Source of the DNA: Actinomycetales bacterium | GTDB lineage: Bacteria; Actinomycetota; Actinomycetes; S36-B12; UBA5976 | DNA length: 64,000 nt | Direction: 5' to 3' | Assembly: GCA_018969715.1 (NCBI GenBank) | Contig: JAGWXT010000009.1 | Coordinates: forward strand, 4,664 to 68,663 | Part shown: positions 52,776 to 62,217 of the stretch, piece by piece | Numbering within the stretch: position 1 is the stretch's first letter | How the letters are laid out: each line of letters begins with the position of its first letter | Position numbers and translations under genes: made by a program | Notes under the pieces: generated by a model | Databases searched by the model: none | What the model saw: only the letters and a program-made list of their open reading frames with translations | Told to the model about the DNA's origin: nothing

Positions 52776-54098
52776 TCAGAGGACGGTCAGTGGCACCGAC
52801 ACCCGCACCCGCCCGGCCGACGGGATCTTGTAGTCGGCGACGATGGTGTAGTCACCCGGGGCGACGGTGGCGCGGATCGGCACATCCAGTTCGGCCACAC
52901 CGTTGACCAGCGGGATGCGACCGTACTTGGCAAAACGGCGCTCCGTGGTGCCCTGCCACTGCCGCAGCGAGATGCTCGCGACGCCTGCCGGTGCCGCGGG
53001 CACGAGGGTCAGGGCGATGGTCGCGGGCTGGCCGGGTCGAACACTCGGTGTCCCGGTCATGGTGAGGACCTGGCCGGTGGCCAGCCGGACGCTGGACGGT
53101 GGGGGAGCGCCGGCAGTGGGGGCGGCGGTCGGCGCCGGGGTCGGTGGCACCGTCGCACCGGGCGTGGCGCCGGGCGTCGACGTGGTCGGTGCGGTGGCGC
53201 CGGGGGCGGGAGTGGGAGCCGGTGCCGTCCCACCGCCGATGAGGGCGCCCGGCGAGCGGGCAAGGTAGATCAGGCCGCTGAACCCCGGTGCGCTGACGGT
53301 GACGTAGGTGGAGGTGTAGAACCACTGTCCGGTCGCCTCCGCCGGCAGCGGGACGGTTGTCTGGTAGGAGCCCGGTCCCGCCACTGGCAGGTCGGTCCGC
53401 GTGAACCGCGAGCACCCCAGCTCCGTGGTGAGACTTGACTGGCTGGTGTCCCCCTGGTTCGTCGGGCACAGGTACAGGCCGACGGTGTACCGGGAAATCT
53501 GGCTGCCCGTGGGAGCCTGCCACGGCGGCACCGTGAACCGGGCAAGCTGACCGGGCTGAGCTGTGGTGATACTCGGCCGCGCCTCGGCGAGGGTGGGGAC
53601 GGGATACACCTGAGTACTCGTCCACCGGGCCACGACACTGCGGGCAGTGCTCGTGTAGGTCACCCGCTGCATCACAGTGAGATAGCGACCGATCAGTGGC
53701 GGATCCGGACGGTAAGCCACCTCCGCACCCGAGGCGGCGGCCTTGGTCTTGAGCAGGCGGCAGGACCGGCTGGTCAGCGGCGACACCGTCGGCGGGGGAG
53801 CCTCCGCGCAGTCGAACCACAGGGCGTCGACCGCGTTGATCGTCGCACCCGTCGCGCTGACCTCACTGAAGCGAACCTTCGCAGCGCGCCCCACCTGGGC
53901 CTCGACGACACCGCTCTCCATGAATCCGGTGGACAGTCGCGAGCCATTGCCCACGGGTACCCACTGGAGTTGGCCTGCGAAGGAGAGGGTGACCCGCGGG
54001 GGAGTGGCCGAACCGGCCGGTGGTGTCACCATCACTGCCAAGAGCGCGCCGATGAGCATGCCCGTCGCCGCGCGTTGGCGGCTAACCCTGCGGCTCAC
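52776..54098 (-). CDS. Secreted protein: two Cys-paired Ig-like domains + Pro/Thr linker + C-terminal beta domain
   Basis: Signal peptide; W/Y..C....C..Y patterns; TPAPGATAPTT linker; TAGCCT-N6-GTG. Confidence 0.75.
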   Translation of the reverse strand: MSRRVSRQRAATGMLIGALLAVMVTPPAGSATPPRVTLSFAGQLQWVPVGNGSRLSTGFMESGVVEAQVGRAAKVRFSEVSATGATINAVDALWFDCAEAPPPTVSPLTSRSCRLLKTKAAASGAEVAYRPDPPLIGRYLTVMQRVTYTSTARSVVARWTSTQVYPVPTLAEARPSITTAQPGQLARFTVPPWQAPTGSQISRYTVGLYLCPTNQGDTSQSSLTTELGCSRFTRTDLPVAGPGSYQTTVPLPAEATGQWFYTSTYVTVSAPGFSGLIYLARSPGALIGGGTAPAPTPAPGATAPTTSTPGATPGATVPPTPAPTAAPTAGAPPPSSVRLATGQVLTMTGTPSVRPGQPATIALTLVPAAPAGVASISLRQWQGTTERRFAKYGRIPLVNGVAELDVPIRATVAPGDYTIVADYKIPSAGRVRVSVPLTVL

Positions 54099-54234
54099 CT
54101 GTTGAGGCTACCCCAGTGGCGGTGCCGAGTTGGGTTACTGCTCGCCCCCATCAGGGTCGCCCCCGTGGTGTCCTATTGTGCCGGCGCATGCAGACAGTGA
54201 GCCCGTTGACGGCGCGCATCGAGATCGGGAACGG

Positions 54235-54918
54235 GTGAGCGTCGCCGTGGCCGGGGTGGCGCCCGTGGGCGAGTCGGCGCCGCCCCGCGCGCTGTTCACC
54301 GCCTTCATCGTCCTCGACGACCACCCGATTATGTGCGAGGCGCTGGTTCATCGCCTTGCAGCGGAGTTCCCCGACGTGCCACTGGCCTACTCCGGAGTGG
54401 AGTTGGACGCTGCGGCCGCGGCGTGCGCCCCCGGCATGCTGGCATTGGTGGACCTTGACCTCGGCGCCGCCCACTCCCCGGCGGAGGTCGTCGCGCGCAT
54501 CCTGGCCTCCGGAGCCGAGGTGCTCGTCATCAGCGCACTGGCCCAGCCGCTGCTCGTCGCGGAGGTCCTCGCCCTCGGGGCGCGTGGGTACGTGAGCAAG
54601 CGCGGCAACCCGGTCCAGTTGGGTGCCGCTGTCCGGGGAATCGCCGCGGGGGATGAATGGATCTCCCCCGAGGTGGCGACCATGATCGTCGGCGCAACCG
54701 GCGGACCGGTGGTGCTCTCCCCGCAGGAGCGCCGTGCGCTCGTCCTGTACGCCTCCGGGCTCACCCTCGATGTCGTGGCCCGTCGGATGGGTGTGGCGCG
54801 ATCCACGGCGAAGGAGTACATCGATCGGGTACGTCGCAAGTACGAGGAGCATGGCCTCCGCGCCCGCACCAAGACCGAGCTGCACATCACCGCCCGGCAG
54901 CAGGGTCTGCTCAGCTGA
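54235..54918 (+). CDS. Orphan NarL/LuxR-family response regulator
   Basis: LDDHP, LVDLDL, VISA, GARGYVSK; HTH LSPQERRALVLYASG..STAKEYIDRVRRK. Start uncertain. Confidence 0.85.
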   Translation: MSVAVAGVAPVGESAPPRALFTAFIVLDDHPIMCEALVHRLAAEFPDVPLAYSGVELDAAAAACAPGMLALVDLDLGAAHSPAEVVARILASGAEVLVISALAQPLLVAEVLALGARGYVSKRGNPVQLGAAVRGIAAGDEWISPEVATMIVGATGGPVVLSPQERRALVLYASGLTLDVVARRMGVARSTAKEYIDRVRRKYEEHGLRARTKTELHITARQQGLLS

Positions 54919-54960
54919 TCCGGCCGGTCGGCGAATCCGGGGGTCGACTGATCCGGCCGG

Positions 54961-55347
54961 TCAGGGGACCTCGCACGCAGACCACCCGAGGGCCGCGCTG
55001 ATCCGGGCGCGGTTGGCTGCGATCGCCCGGTAGCCGAGGTCGGCCACCAGCGTCAGCGGCGGCACCCCCAAAACCAGGCCGAGGGCGCGCCAGCGGCGCG
55101 CCCGGCACCGACGCAGCAGGGTGCGCACGGCCGAGGCCCCGGTCTGCTGATGCCCGTCGATGACGACGATCAGTGCGCTCGCTGCGGCGCCATCGGCCAG
55201 TGGCACCGGCGTCACCGCACAGCGTGCGCGCAGCCACCGCATCGCATGCGTGCACAGGCCGCAGTCGTGGTCGAAGTGGACCTGGCAGGTGACGGTCGGC
55301 TGCCGCCACGCGGTATCGGACGCCATCGGTGCCTCCATTGGACGCAT
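54961..55347 (-). CDS. DCC1-like thiol-disulfide oxidoreductase (DUF393)
   Basis: FDHDCGLC, GASAV, YRAIAANR; SD ggaggt before ATG 55347. Confidence 0.8.
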   Translation of the reverse strand: MRPMEAPMASDTAWRQPTVTCQVHFDHDCGLCTHAMRWLRARCAVTPVPLADGAAASALIVVIDGHQQTGASAVRTLLRRCRARRWRALGLVLGVPPLTLVADLGYRAIAANRARISAALGWSACEVP

Positions 55348-55373
55348 CACCTCCCTTCCACTAGTGTGCGCCC

Positions 55374-55883
55374 ATGTCCTCACTGCTGCGGGCGGTCACT
55401 GCCCTGACCTGTGCCGGTGCCATCGCCGTCCTCGGACTGGCACCGGCGGCTGCCCAAAAGACCGTCAGCGCAACCGAGGGGCCGGTGACGCTGACGGTCC
55501 CCGCGACCATCAGCCTGACGCCGAACCGGTGCGTGAATGCGCCCTACTCGTGGTCAATCGCTCCGAGCGTCGCAGCCCAGCAGGTCGCCGTGACGGTGCG
55601 CACCCCCGACGGTGCGGCCATCGCGGGGGACGTCATCGAGGTGGGCCCGGTCGCCGTTGGCTCCTTCGACGACATCGCCGGCGCCACCGGCAAGCCGCAG
55701 ACCGGTAAGGGGACCCTGCGCTTCTGCGGTAAGGCCAAGCCGTATGTGAAGAAGTTCGCCGGACCGTGGGCGGCGGCGCGTTCCGGCTCCCAGAGCATCA
55801 CCGCAGTTGCCTATGAGTTCAGCGGTGGCGCCGCGAAGCCCTACTCGGTCACCGCCAAGACAACGGTGACCGTCAGCCGCTGA
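55374..55883 (+). CDS. Secreted hypothetical beta-rich protein
   Basis: Signal peptide ending AAA-Q; TAGTGT-N6-ATG; no family recognised. Confidence 0.7.
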   Translation: MSSLLRAVTALTCAGAIAVLGLAPAAAQKTVSATEGPVTLTVPATISLTPNRCVNAPYSWSIAPSVAAQQVAVTVRTPDGAAIAGDVIEVGPVAVGSFDDIAGATGKPQTGKGTLRFCGKAKPYVKKFAGPWAAARSGSQSITAVAYEFSGGAAKPYSVTAKTTVTVSR

Positions 55884-56370
55884 CCCTGCCCGGTTCCTCG
55901 GGTGCCGGTTCCACCAGTTCCACGAGCACCCCGCCACTGGCCCGAGGGTGGATGAAAGCGATCCGGCTGCCAGCCGTTCCCACGCGCGGGTACTCGTCGA
56001 CCATGTGAACGCCCGCCGCGTGCAGCCGGCGGAGTGCCTCGTCGATATCGCGCACGCGCACGGCGATCTGCTGCAGTCCCGGTCCCCGACGCTGCACGAA
56101 CCGGCCGATAGGTGACTCCGGGCTCATCGCGCACAGCAGCTGGATCACCGGCCCACTTGGCCCGAGGGTCAGCATCGCCTCGGCGACCTGCTGCTCGCCA
56201 TTGACCTCCTCATGGGTGCAGTGCGCCCCGAGGACCTCCCGGTACCAGGTGACAGCGGCCGAGAGGTCGGCCACCGCGATTCCGACATGGTCAAGACCCA
56301 GGACCAGGTCGTCGAGCAGGTGCCCTTGATCGCCAGGGCGCGCGGGGTTGCGTGAGGTGTCGCCGGTCAC
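55873..56370 (-). CDS. mce: Methylmalonyl-CoA epimerase (VOC family)
   Basis: LDHVGIAV, EEVNGEQQVAE, GPGLQQIA, FIHPRASGGVLVELVE. Start inferred from GAGAAT-N6-GTG. Confidence 0.88.
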   Translation of the reverse strand: MTGDTSRNPARPGDQGHLLDDLVLGLDHVGIAVADLSAAVTWYREVLGAHCTHEEVNGEQQVAEAMLTLGPSGPVIQLLCAMSPESPIGRFVQRRGPGLQQIAVRVRDIDEALRRLHAAGVHMVDEYPRVGTAGSRIAFIHPRASGGVLVELVEPAPEEPGRVSG

Positions 56371-56493
56371 CCCTGCATTCTCGTGTGCGTGTCGGTGGCG
56401 GTACGGGCAGGTGGCTGCGTCGACGGGTGGCTCGCCCAGCGGGAGTGCGCAACCGGCTCCCGTGGCTGCCATCGGGCAGGGCACAATGGGACC

Positions 56494-57438
56494 GTGGCCC
56501 AGACACCACCCCAAAGTGCCCTGAACATGCGCGGTGCGGTTGACCTCGGCGCCCTTGCCAGTGCGCGGCAGAACGAGCAGGCCGCCCAGCGTGCCCGCGC
56601 GAATGCCCCCGCGGGGGTCGTCATCGACGTCACTGAGCAGACCTTCCAGGCGGCGGTGCTCGGCCAGTCCCGGACGGTCCCGGTCATCGTCGACCTGTGG
56701 GCGACCTGGTGCGGGCCGTGCAAGCAGCTGTCGCCGATCCTCGAGCGGCTGGCCGCCGAGGGCCAGGGACGGTGGGTGCTGGCCAAGATCGACGTCGATG
56801 CCGAGCAGCGACTTGCCGCGGCCTTCCAGGTCCAGTCCGTGCCGAGTGTGCTGGCGTTCATCGGCGGCCAGATGGTGCCGCTGTTCCAGGGGGCGCTGCC
56901 GGAGGGGCAGCTTCGCCAGGTCATCGACCAGGTGCTCGCCCTTGCCCAGCAGCAGGGGGTCACCGGTCGGCTGGCCGCCGAACCGGAGGCGGTGGCGGCG
57001 GCGGAGCCCGCTGATGAGCCGATGGGCGACCCTCGGTTGCGTGAGGTCGCGGACGCCATCGACGCCGGTGACTATGCCCTCGCCCGCACCCGGCTGGCCA
57101 TGATGCTGCGCGAGAACCCCGCCGACGCCGATGCCGCGGCGGCATTGGCCCAGGTCGGGCTGCTGGAGCGCACCGAGGGGGTCGTTGCTGCCACGGCCGT
57201 CGCGGCTGCCGATGCTGAGTCGGCAGACCTCCCGGCGATCCTGCTCGCCGCCGATGTCGAACTGCTCTCCGGTTCCTCCGCTGCGGCAATCAACCGCCTG
57301 ATCGCGGTCGTGCGGCGCGGGCCCGGAACCGATCGCGATCAGGCGCGGGAGCGCCTGCTGGACGTCTTCCGCATTCTCGGGGACGACGATCAGGCAGTCA
57401 TCGCGGGCCGCCGTGCCCTCGCCGCCGCATTGTTCTAG
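56494..57438 (+). CDS. ybbN: Thioredoxin-domain/TPR co-chaperone (YbbN/CnoX type)
   Basis: RGAVDL, DLWATWCGPCKQLSP, KIDVD, C-terminal GRRALAAALF. Confidence 0.88.
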   Translation: MAQTPPQSALNMRGAVDLGALASARQNEQAAQRARANAPAGVVIDVTEQTFQAAVLGQSRTVPVIVDLWATWCGPCKQLSPILERLAAEGQGRWVLAKIDVDAEQRLAAAFQVQSVPSVLAFIGGQMVPLFQGALPEGQLRQVIDQVLALAQQQGVTGRLAAEPEAVAAAEPADEPMGDPRLREVADAIDAGDYALARTRLAMMLRENPADADAAAALAQVGLLERTEGVVAATAVAAADAESADLPAILLAADVELLSGSSAAAINRLIAVVRRGPGTDRDQARERLLDVFRILGDDDQAVIAGRRALAAALF

Positions 57439-57449
57439 CGTCGCCGCTC

Positions 57450-59642
57450 GTGCCTGCGCACTCACTCCCCGACCCCGCACGCTCGCTGGTGGGCCTGCTC
57501 CCCACGTCACTGTCGGCATTGGCCGCACTTGCGGTGAACCTGCGGTGGTCGTGGGATACCCCGACGCGGGAGTTGTTCGCGCACCTTGACCCTGCGGTGT
57601 GGCAGGCGACGGGCGACCCGCTGGCGGTCCTGCGGCAGGCCGGCGACCGGCGACTGGCCACGGCTGCCGCCGACCCGGAATTCACCGCCCGCGTGGCGGC
57701 AGCCGCGGCCGACCTGGACACCTACTGCACCCAGCCGCGGTGGTACGACCGACTGCCGCCGGCGCCGCCGCGATCGATCGCCTACTTCTCACCGGAGTTC
57801 GGGGTCACCGGAGCGCTGCGGCAGTACTCCGGTGGGCTGGGCATCCTCGCCGGTGACCACCTCAAGACCGCCAGCGATCTGGGCATCCCGCTCATCGGTG
57901 TGGGCCTGTTCTACTCGCGCGGCTATTTCACCCAGACCCTCGATGCCGGGGGCTGGCAGTGCGAGGACTACCCGGCTCCGTCGGCCGCTGAACTGGGCCT
58001 CGCCCCGGTGTGCGCGGCGGGGAAGCCGGTCACCGTGACGGTGCCCCTGCCGGGGGGCCGGGAGGCGGTGTGCGCGGTGTGGCGGGTGTGGATCGGACGG
58101 GTGCCGCTGCTGCTGTTGGATTCCGACACCCCCGGCGCCACGGCGGCCACCCGCGGCATCACCGATCGCCTCTACGGTGGCGATGCCGCCCATCGACTTG
58201 ACCAGGAGCTCGTTCTCGGCATCGGCGGAGTGCGGGCGGTTTCCCACCACTGCGCCGAGTGGACGACGGCCGAGCCGGAGGTCTACCACAGCAATGAGGG
58301 GCACGCGGCATTCCTCACCCTCGAGCGGGTGCGGCAGCTGTGCGCGGATGGCATGGCGCCCCAGTCGGCGCGGGCACTCGTGCGGGCCACCACCGTGTTC
58401 ACCACGCACACCCCCGTCCCGGCGGGCATCGATCGGTTCCCGCGGGAGTGGGTGGCCGACGCCTGGCGCACCGCCGGCGGGGTGCCCGGCCTGACCGCCG
58501 AGGAGCTGCTGGGGCTCGGCGCCGAGCAGGACGCTGCCCTGTTCAACATGGCTCACCTGGCACTGCGCTCCTGTGACCGGGTCAATGCGGTGAGCGTCCT
58601 GCATGGACGGGTCAGTGAGGAGATGTTCGCTCCCGTCCTCGCCGAGGGAGTGCCAGAGGGTCGCCGGGTGGTGGCGATTACCAATGGAGTCCACCTGCCG
58701 ACGTGGGCGGCCCCCGAGGTCCTCGCGCACGCCGCGCCCGATGCGCACGCTGGCCCCGATGCGCTCGCGTCGGCGGCGTCGGCGGTCGGTGACACCCCCG
58801 ACGGGGGGACGGCCTGGCACCGCTTCGCCGCGCTCGACGACGCCACCCTGTGGGCATTGCGCGGACGGCTGCGGGAGCGGCTGGTCAGCCATGCGCGCCG
58901 GCGGCTGCGGGACAGTTGGCGCATCCGCGGCGCGATGCCAGCCGAACTCGCCTGGACCGACGCCGCGCTCGATCCCGACACCCTCACCATCGGGTTCGCC
59001 CGACGGGTGCCCGCGTACAAGCGGCTCACCCTCATGCTGCACGATCAGTCGCGGCTTGCCGCGCTGCTCACCGATCCCCAGCGCCCGGTGCAGCTGATCA
59101 TCGCCGGCAAGTCCCACCCACATGACGATGACGGCAAGCGGCTGATCGCCGAGTTGGTGCAGGTGACCGACCGGCCCGACCTGCGCACCCGGATGGTCTT
59201 CCTGCCCGACTACGACATCGACATGGCACGCCTGCTGTGCGCGGGCTGTGATGTCTGGCTGAACACTCCGCTGCGACCCCTGGAAGCGTGCGGCACGTCG
59301 GGGATGAAGGCCGCGGCCAACGGCGGGCTGAACCTGTCGATCCGGGATGGCTGGTGGGATGAGTGCTTCGATCCGGGCCTGGGCTGGGCGATCCCCAGTC
59401 GGCCTGACCTGACCGATGCGGCCCGCGATGCGGCCGAGGCGGCCGCCCTCTACGACCTGCTGGAGAACTCAGTCATCCCCCTCTTCTACGAGCGGGTTGC
59501 GGGGGTTCCGGTGCAGTGGCTGGCGCGCGTTCGCCATTGCCTGGTCCAGTTGGGGCCGCGGGTTGCGGCCACTCGGATGCTCGATGAGTACCTCACCCGC
59601 CTGTACTGGCCGGCGGCCCTTGCCGGGCGCACCATGCGGTGA
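57450..59642 (+). CDS. glgP: Alpha-glucan (glycogen/maltodextrin) phosphorylase
   Basis: [57 protein letters not shown]. Confidence 0.95.
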   Translation: MPAHSLPDPARSLVGLLPTSLSALAALAVNLRWSWDTPTRELFAHLDPAVWQATGDPLAVLRQAGDRRLATAAADPEFTARVAAAAADLDTYCTQPRWYDRLPPAPPRSIAYFSPEFGVTGALRQYSGGLGILAGDHLKTASDLGIPLIGVGLFYSRGYFTQTLDAGGWQCEDYPAPSAAELGLAPVCAAGKPVTVTVPLPGGREAVCAVWRVWIGRVPLLLLDSDTPGATAATRGITDRLYGGDAAHRLDQELVLGIGGVRAVSHHCAEWTTAEPEVYHSNEGHAAFLTLERVRQLCADGMAPQSARALVRATTVFTTHTPVPAGIDRFPREWVADAWRTAGGVPGLTAEELLGLGAEQDAALFNMAHLALRSCDRVNAVSVLHGRVSEEMFAPVLAEGVPEGRRVVAITNGVHLPTWAAPEVLAHAAPDAHAGPDALASAASAVGDTPDGGTAWHRFAALDDATLWALRGRLRERLVSHARRRLRDSWRIRGAMPAELAWTDAALDPDTLTIGFARRVPAYKRLTLMLHDQSRLAALLTDPQRPVQLIIAGKSHPHDDDGKRLIAELVQVTDRPDLRTRMVFLPDYDIDMARLLCAGCDVWLNTPLRPLEACGTSGMKAAANGGLNLSIRDGWWDECFDPGLGWAIPSRPDLTDAARDAAEAAALYDLLENSVIPLFYERVAGVPVQWLARVRHCLVQLGPRVAATRMLDEYLTRLYWPAALAGRTMR

Positions 59643-60613
59643 GTGCCGCCCCCGCGTCCCAGACGCATCCGGGCGCCCTTGACCCCCGCGCGGCGAACAT
59701 CGCCTACCACGACTGGCAGGCGGCGGAGTACGACGACAAGTGGGGGATCTCCTTCGATGACCGCTGCCAGTCCTATGCGGTTGACCGGTACCGCCGCGTG
59801 GCCCCCATCGCCGAATGGCCACGCGGGCGCGTGCTCGAGATCGGCGCCGGGACCGGATTCCTGCTGCTCAACCTCATGCGGGCTGGCCTCACCCAGCAGG
59901 GGGTGGTCACCGACATCTCCGCGGGGATGGTCGCGCATGCCACGGGCAGCGCCGCTCGCCTCGGGCTGACGGTCACCGGTCAGGTCTGCGATGTGACGGC
60001 CCTCGGCCTGCGGACGGCATCGGTGGACGTGGTGATCGGCCATGCGGTGCTCCACCATGTGCCCGATGTCGAGGCGGCTCTGCGCGAGATCGTCCGCGTG
60101 CTGCGCCCCGGTGGCCGGTTCGTGATCCTCGGCGAGCCCAATGAGCGGGGTGAGCGGATCGTTCGGCGTCTGTGCCGGATGACGTGGTCGGTGGTGACGG
60201 CGGTGGTGTCGTTGCCGCCGCTGCGCCGCCGCTGGGCACGGCCGACGGCCACGCTGGACCCAGCTGCCGCTCTGGAGTCGGTGGTCGACCTGCATACGTT
60301 CCGCCCGCAGGCGCTCGCCGACCTTGCGCGGCGCGCGGGCGCGGTCGACGTGGGTACCGCGACGGTCGAGGCGACCGCGGCATGGTTCGGCTGGCCGGTG
60401 CGGACACTGGAGGCGGCCGTCCATCCCGACCGCCTCGGCTGGCGGTGGGCCAACTTCGCCTATCGGGGCTGGCGCGCCCTCGAGGCCGTCGACCGGTGCC
60501 TCGCCCCCGTACTGCCGGCGGAGCTGCACTATGCGGTCGCGCTCACCGGGCGGGCGCCGGCTGGGGTGGTGGACCCGGCTGGGGTGGTGGACCCGGCTGG
60601 GCCCGGACGATGA
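59639..60613 (+). CDS. Class I SAM-dependent methyltransferase (Rv3038c-like)
   Basis: YHDWQAAEYDDKWGISF, LEIGAGTG, DISAGM, GHAVLHH. Confidence 0.88.
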   Translation: MSAAPASQTHPGALDPRAANIAYHDWQAAEYDDKWGISFDDRCQSYAVDRYRRVAPIAEWPRGRVLEIGAGTGFLLLNLMRAGLTQQGVVTDISAGMVAHATGSAARLGLTVTGQVCDVTALGLRTASVDVVIGHAVLHHVPDVEAALREIVRVLRPGGRFVILGEPNERGERIVRRLCRMTWSVVTAVVSLPPLRRRWARPTATLDPAAALESVVDLHTFRPQALADLARRAGAVDVGTATVEATAAWFGWPVRTLEAAVHPDRLGWRWANFAYRGWRALEAVDRCLAPVLPAELHYAVALTGRAPAGVVDPAGVVDPAGPGR

Positions 60614-61305
60614 GCGCGCCCGTCCCCAGCGGCGGGGTATCCCCGTCCCGGCAGTCGGTGCCGCTGGCGACATGTGCGGGACTGCGCTGGGTGATCCGCC
60701 ACCGTGCCTTCACCCCCGGCTACCTGGTGCGCTACCTGCGGCTGCTGCGGCTGCGGTGCGCGCGCAAGCCAGGACTGGTGATCGAGGGACTTGTCTTCCT
60801 CGGTCGCGGGGTGCGCATCGAGGTCCGGCCGGGCTACGGCCGGCTGATCCTCGGCCCATGGGTGCACATCGGGGACCACACTGCGCTGCGCGTCCATGAG
60901 GGGTCGATGACGATCGGTCCGAAGGTGGTGATCGGCCAGCGGGTCGTGCTCGACTGCCATCTCGACATCGAGATCGGCGAGGGGACCCTGATCGCCGACG
61001 GTGTGCACGTCCTCGACTTCGATCACCGCTTCGACGACCCCAGCCGGCCGATCAAGGATCAAGGCATCGTGAAATCCCCCGTGCGCATCGGACCGGGGTG
61101 TTGGCTGGGGGGCCGGGCAACGGTCCTGCGGGGCAGCCGAATCGGCACGGGGTCGGTGATTGGCGCCCATGCGGTGGTCCGCGGTGAGATACCCGCCCAC
61201 GCCGTTGCGGTGGGGGTGCCCGCCCGAGTTATGCGCCGTGTCGGGCCGGGTGACGGCGGGGCCATCGGGCCCGGTGACGGAGCGGCCGGTCGCGCGGGCG
61301 CTTAG
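60610..61305 (+). CDS. Hexapeptide-repeat acyltransferase (Rv3034c-like)
   Basis: YLVRYLRL, LGPWVHIGD..HEGSMTIG, DFDHRF, IKDQGIVKSPVRIG, AVGVPARV. Confidence 0.88.
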   Translation: MSAPVPSGGVSPSRQSVPLATCAGLRWVIRHRAFTPGYLVRYLRLLRLRCARKPGLVIEGLVFLGRGVRIEVRPGYGRLILGPWVHIGDHTALRVHEGSMTIGPKVVIGQRVVLDCHLDIEIGEGTLIADGVHVLDFDHRFDDPSRPIKDQGIVKSPVRIGPGCWLGGRATVLRGSRIGTGSVIGAHAVVRGEIPAHAVAVGVPARVMRRVGPGDGGAIGPGDGAAGRAGA

Positions 61306-61351
61306 CATCAAGGGGGTGCCCGACGGGGGTGCCCGTCAGGGAGGCTGCCAC

Positions 61352-62131
61352 ATGAAGATCGCGGTGTGCATCAAGCAGGTGCCCGACACCTGGTCGGAGA
61401 AGCGACTGTCCCCGTCGGATGCCACCCTCGATCGGGCGGCCGCCGAGGGAGTCCTCAATGAGCTGGACGAGTACGCCATCGAGGAGGCCCTGCGTCTCAA
61501 GGAGGGCCATGGTGGCGAGGTGACCGTGGTGACGATGGGCCCGGAGCGAGCGGCCGACACCATCCGCAAGGCGCTGTCGATGGGTGCCGATGCCGGCCTG
61601 CACCTGTGCGATGAGGCGCTGCACGGCTCCGACGCATGCGCCACCTCCGATGCGCTGGCGCGAATCCTCGCCGGCCGGGGTTTCGACCTGGTCATCTTCG
61701 GCTGCGAGTCCACCGATGCACGGATGTCCGTCATCCCCGCGATGGTCGCCGAGCGTCTTGATTGGCCGCAGGCCACCTTCGCCGCTGAGGTTCAGGTGGC
61801 GGCGGGGGTGCTCACCGTGCGCCGGCAGACGGAGGCCGGTGTCGACACCGTGACGGCGAACCTGCCCGCGGTGGTCAGCGTTGTCGAGAAGATCAACGAG
61901 CCGCGCTACCCCTCCTTCAAGGGCATCATGGCCGCGAAGAAGAAGCCGGTGGAGACCCTGAGCCTTGCCGATACCGGTATCGAGGCCGCAACGGTGGGAC
62001 TCGCGGCCGCATGGAGCGCGGTCACGGACTTCGCCGCCCGTCCGCCGCGCGCCCAGGGCGAGATCATGAGCGACGATGGTGACGGGGGCCGTCGCATCGC
62101 CGACTACCTCGTCACCAACCGGCTCATCTGA
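61352..62131 (+). CDS. etfB: Electron transfer flavoprotein subunit beta
   Basis: MKIAVCIKQVPDT, DEYAIEEAL, ALSMGAD, NEPRYPS. Confidence 0.97.
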   Translation: MKIAVCIKQVPDTWSEKRLSPSDATLDRAAAEGVLNELDEYAIEEALRLKEGHGGEVTVVTMGPERAADTIRKALSMGADAGLHLCDEALHGSDACATSDALARILAGRGFDLVIFGCESTDARMSVIPAMVAERLDWPQATFAAEVQVAAGVLTVRRQTEAGVDTVTANLPAVVSVVEKINEPRYPSFKGIMAAKKKPVETLSLADTGIEAATVGLAAAWSAVTDFAARPPRAQGEIMSDDGDGGRRIADYLVTNRLI

Positions 62132-62141
62132 CTCAATCCTG

Positions 62142-62200
62142 CCGTCCCCGACCTATCCCGTCCCCGACCTACCCCCTCCCCGAGCCTTCCCGTCCCCCCG
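62142..62200. repeat. 16-bp-period C-rich tandem repeat between etfB and etfA
   Basis: ccgtccccgaccta at 62142-62155 and 62158-62171, then degenerate copies. Confidence 0.8.
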
Positions 62201-62217
62201 TCAGCAGAGGAGTGACC

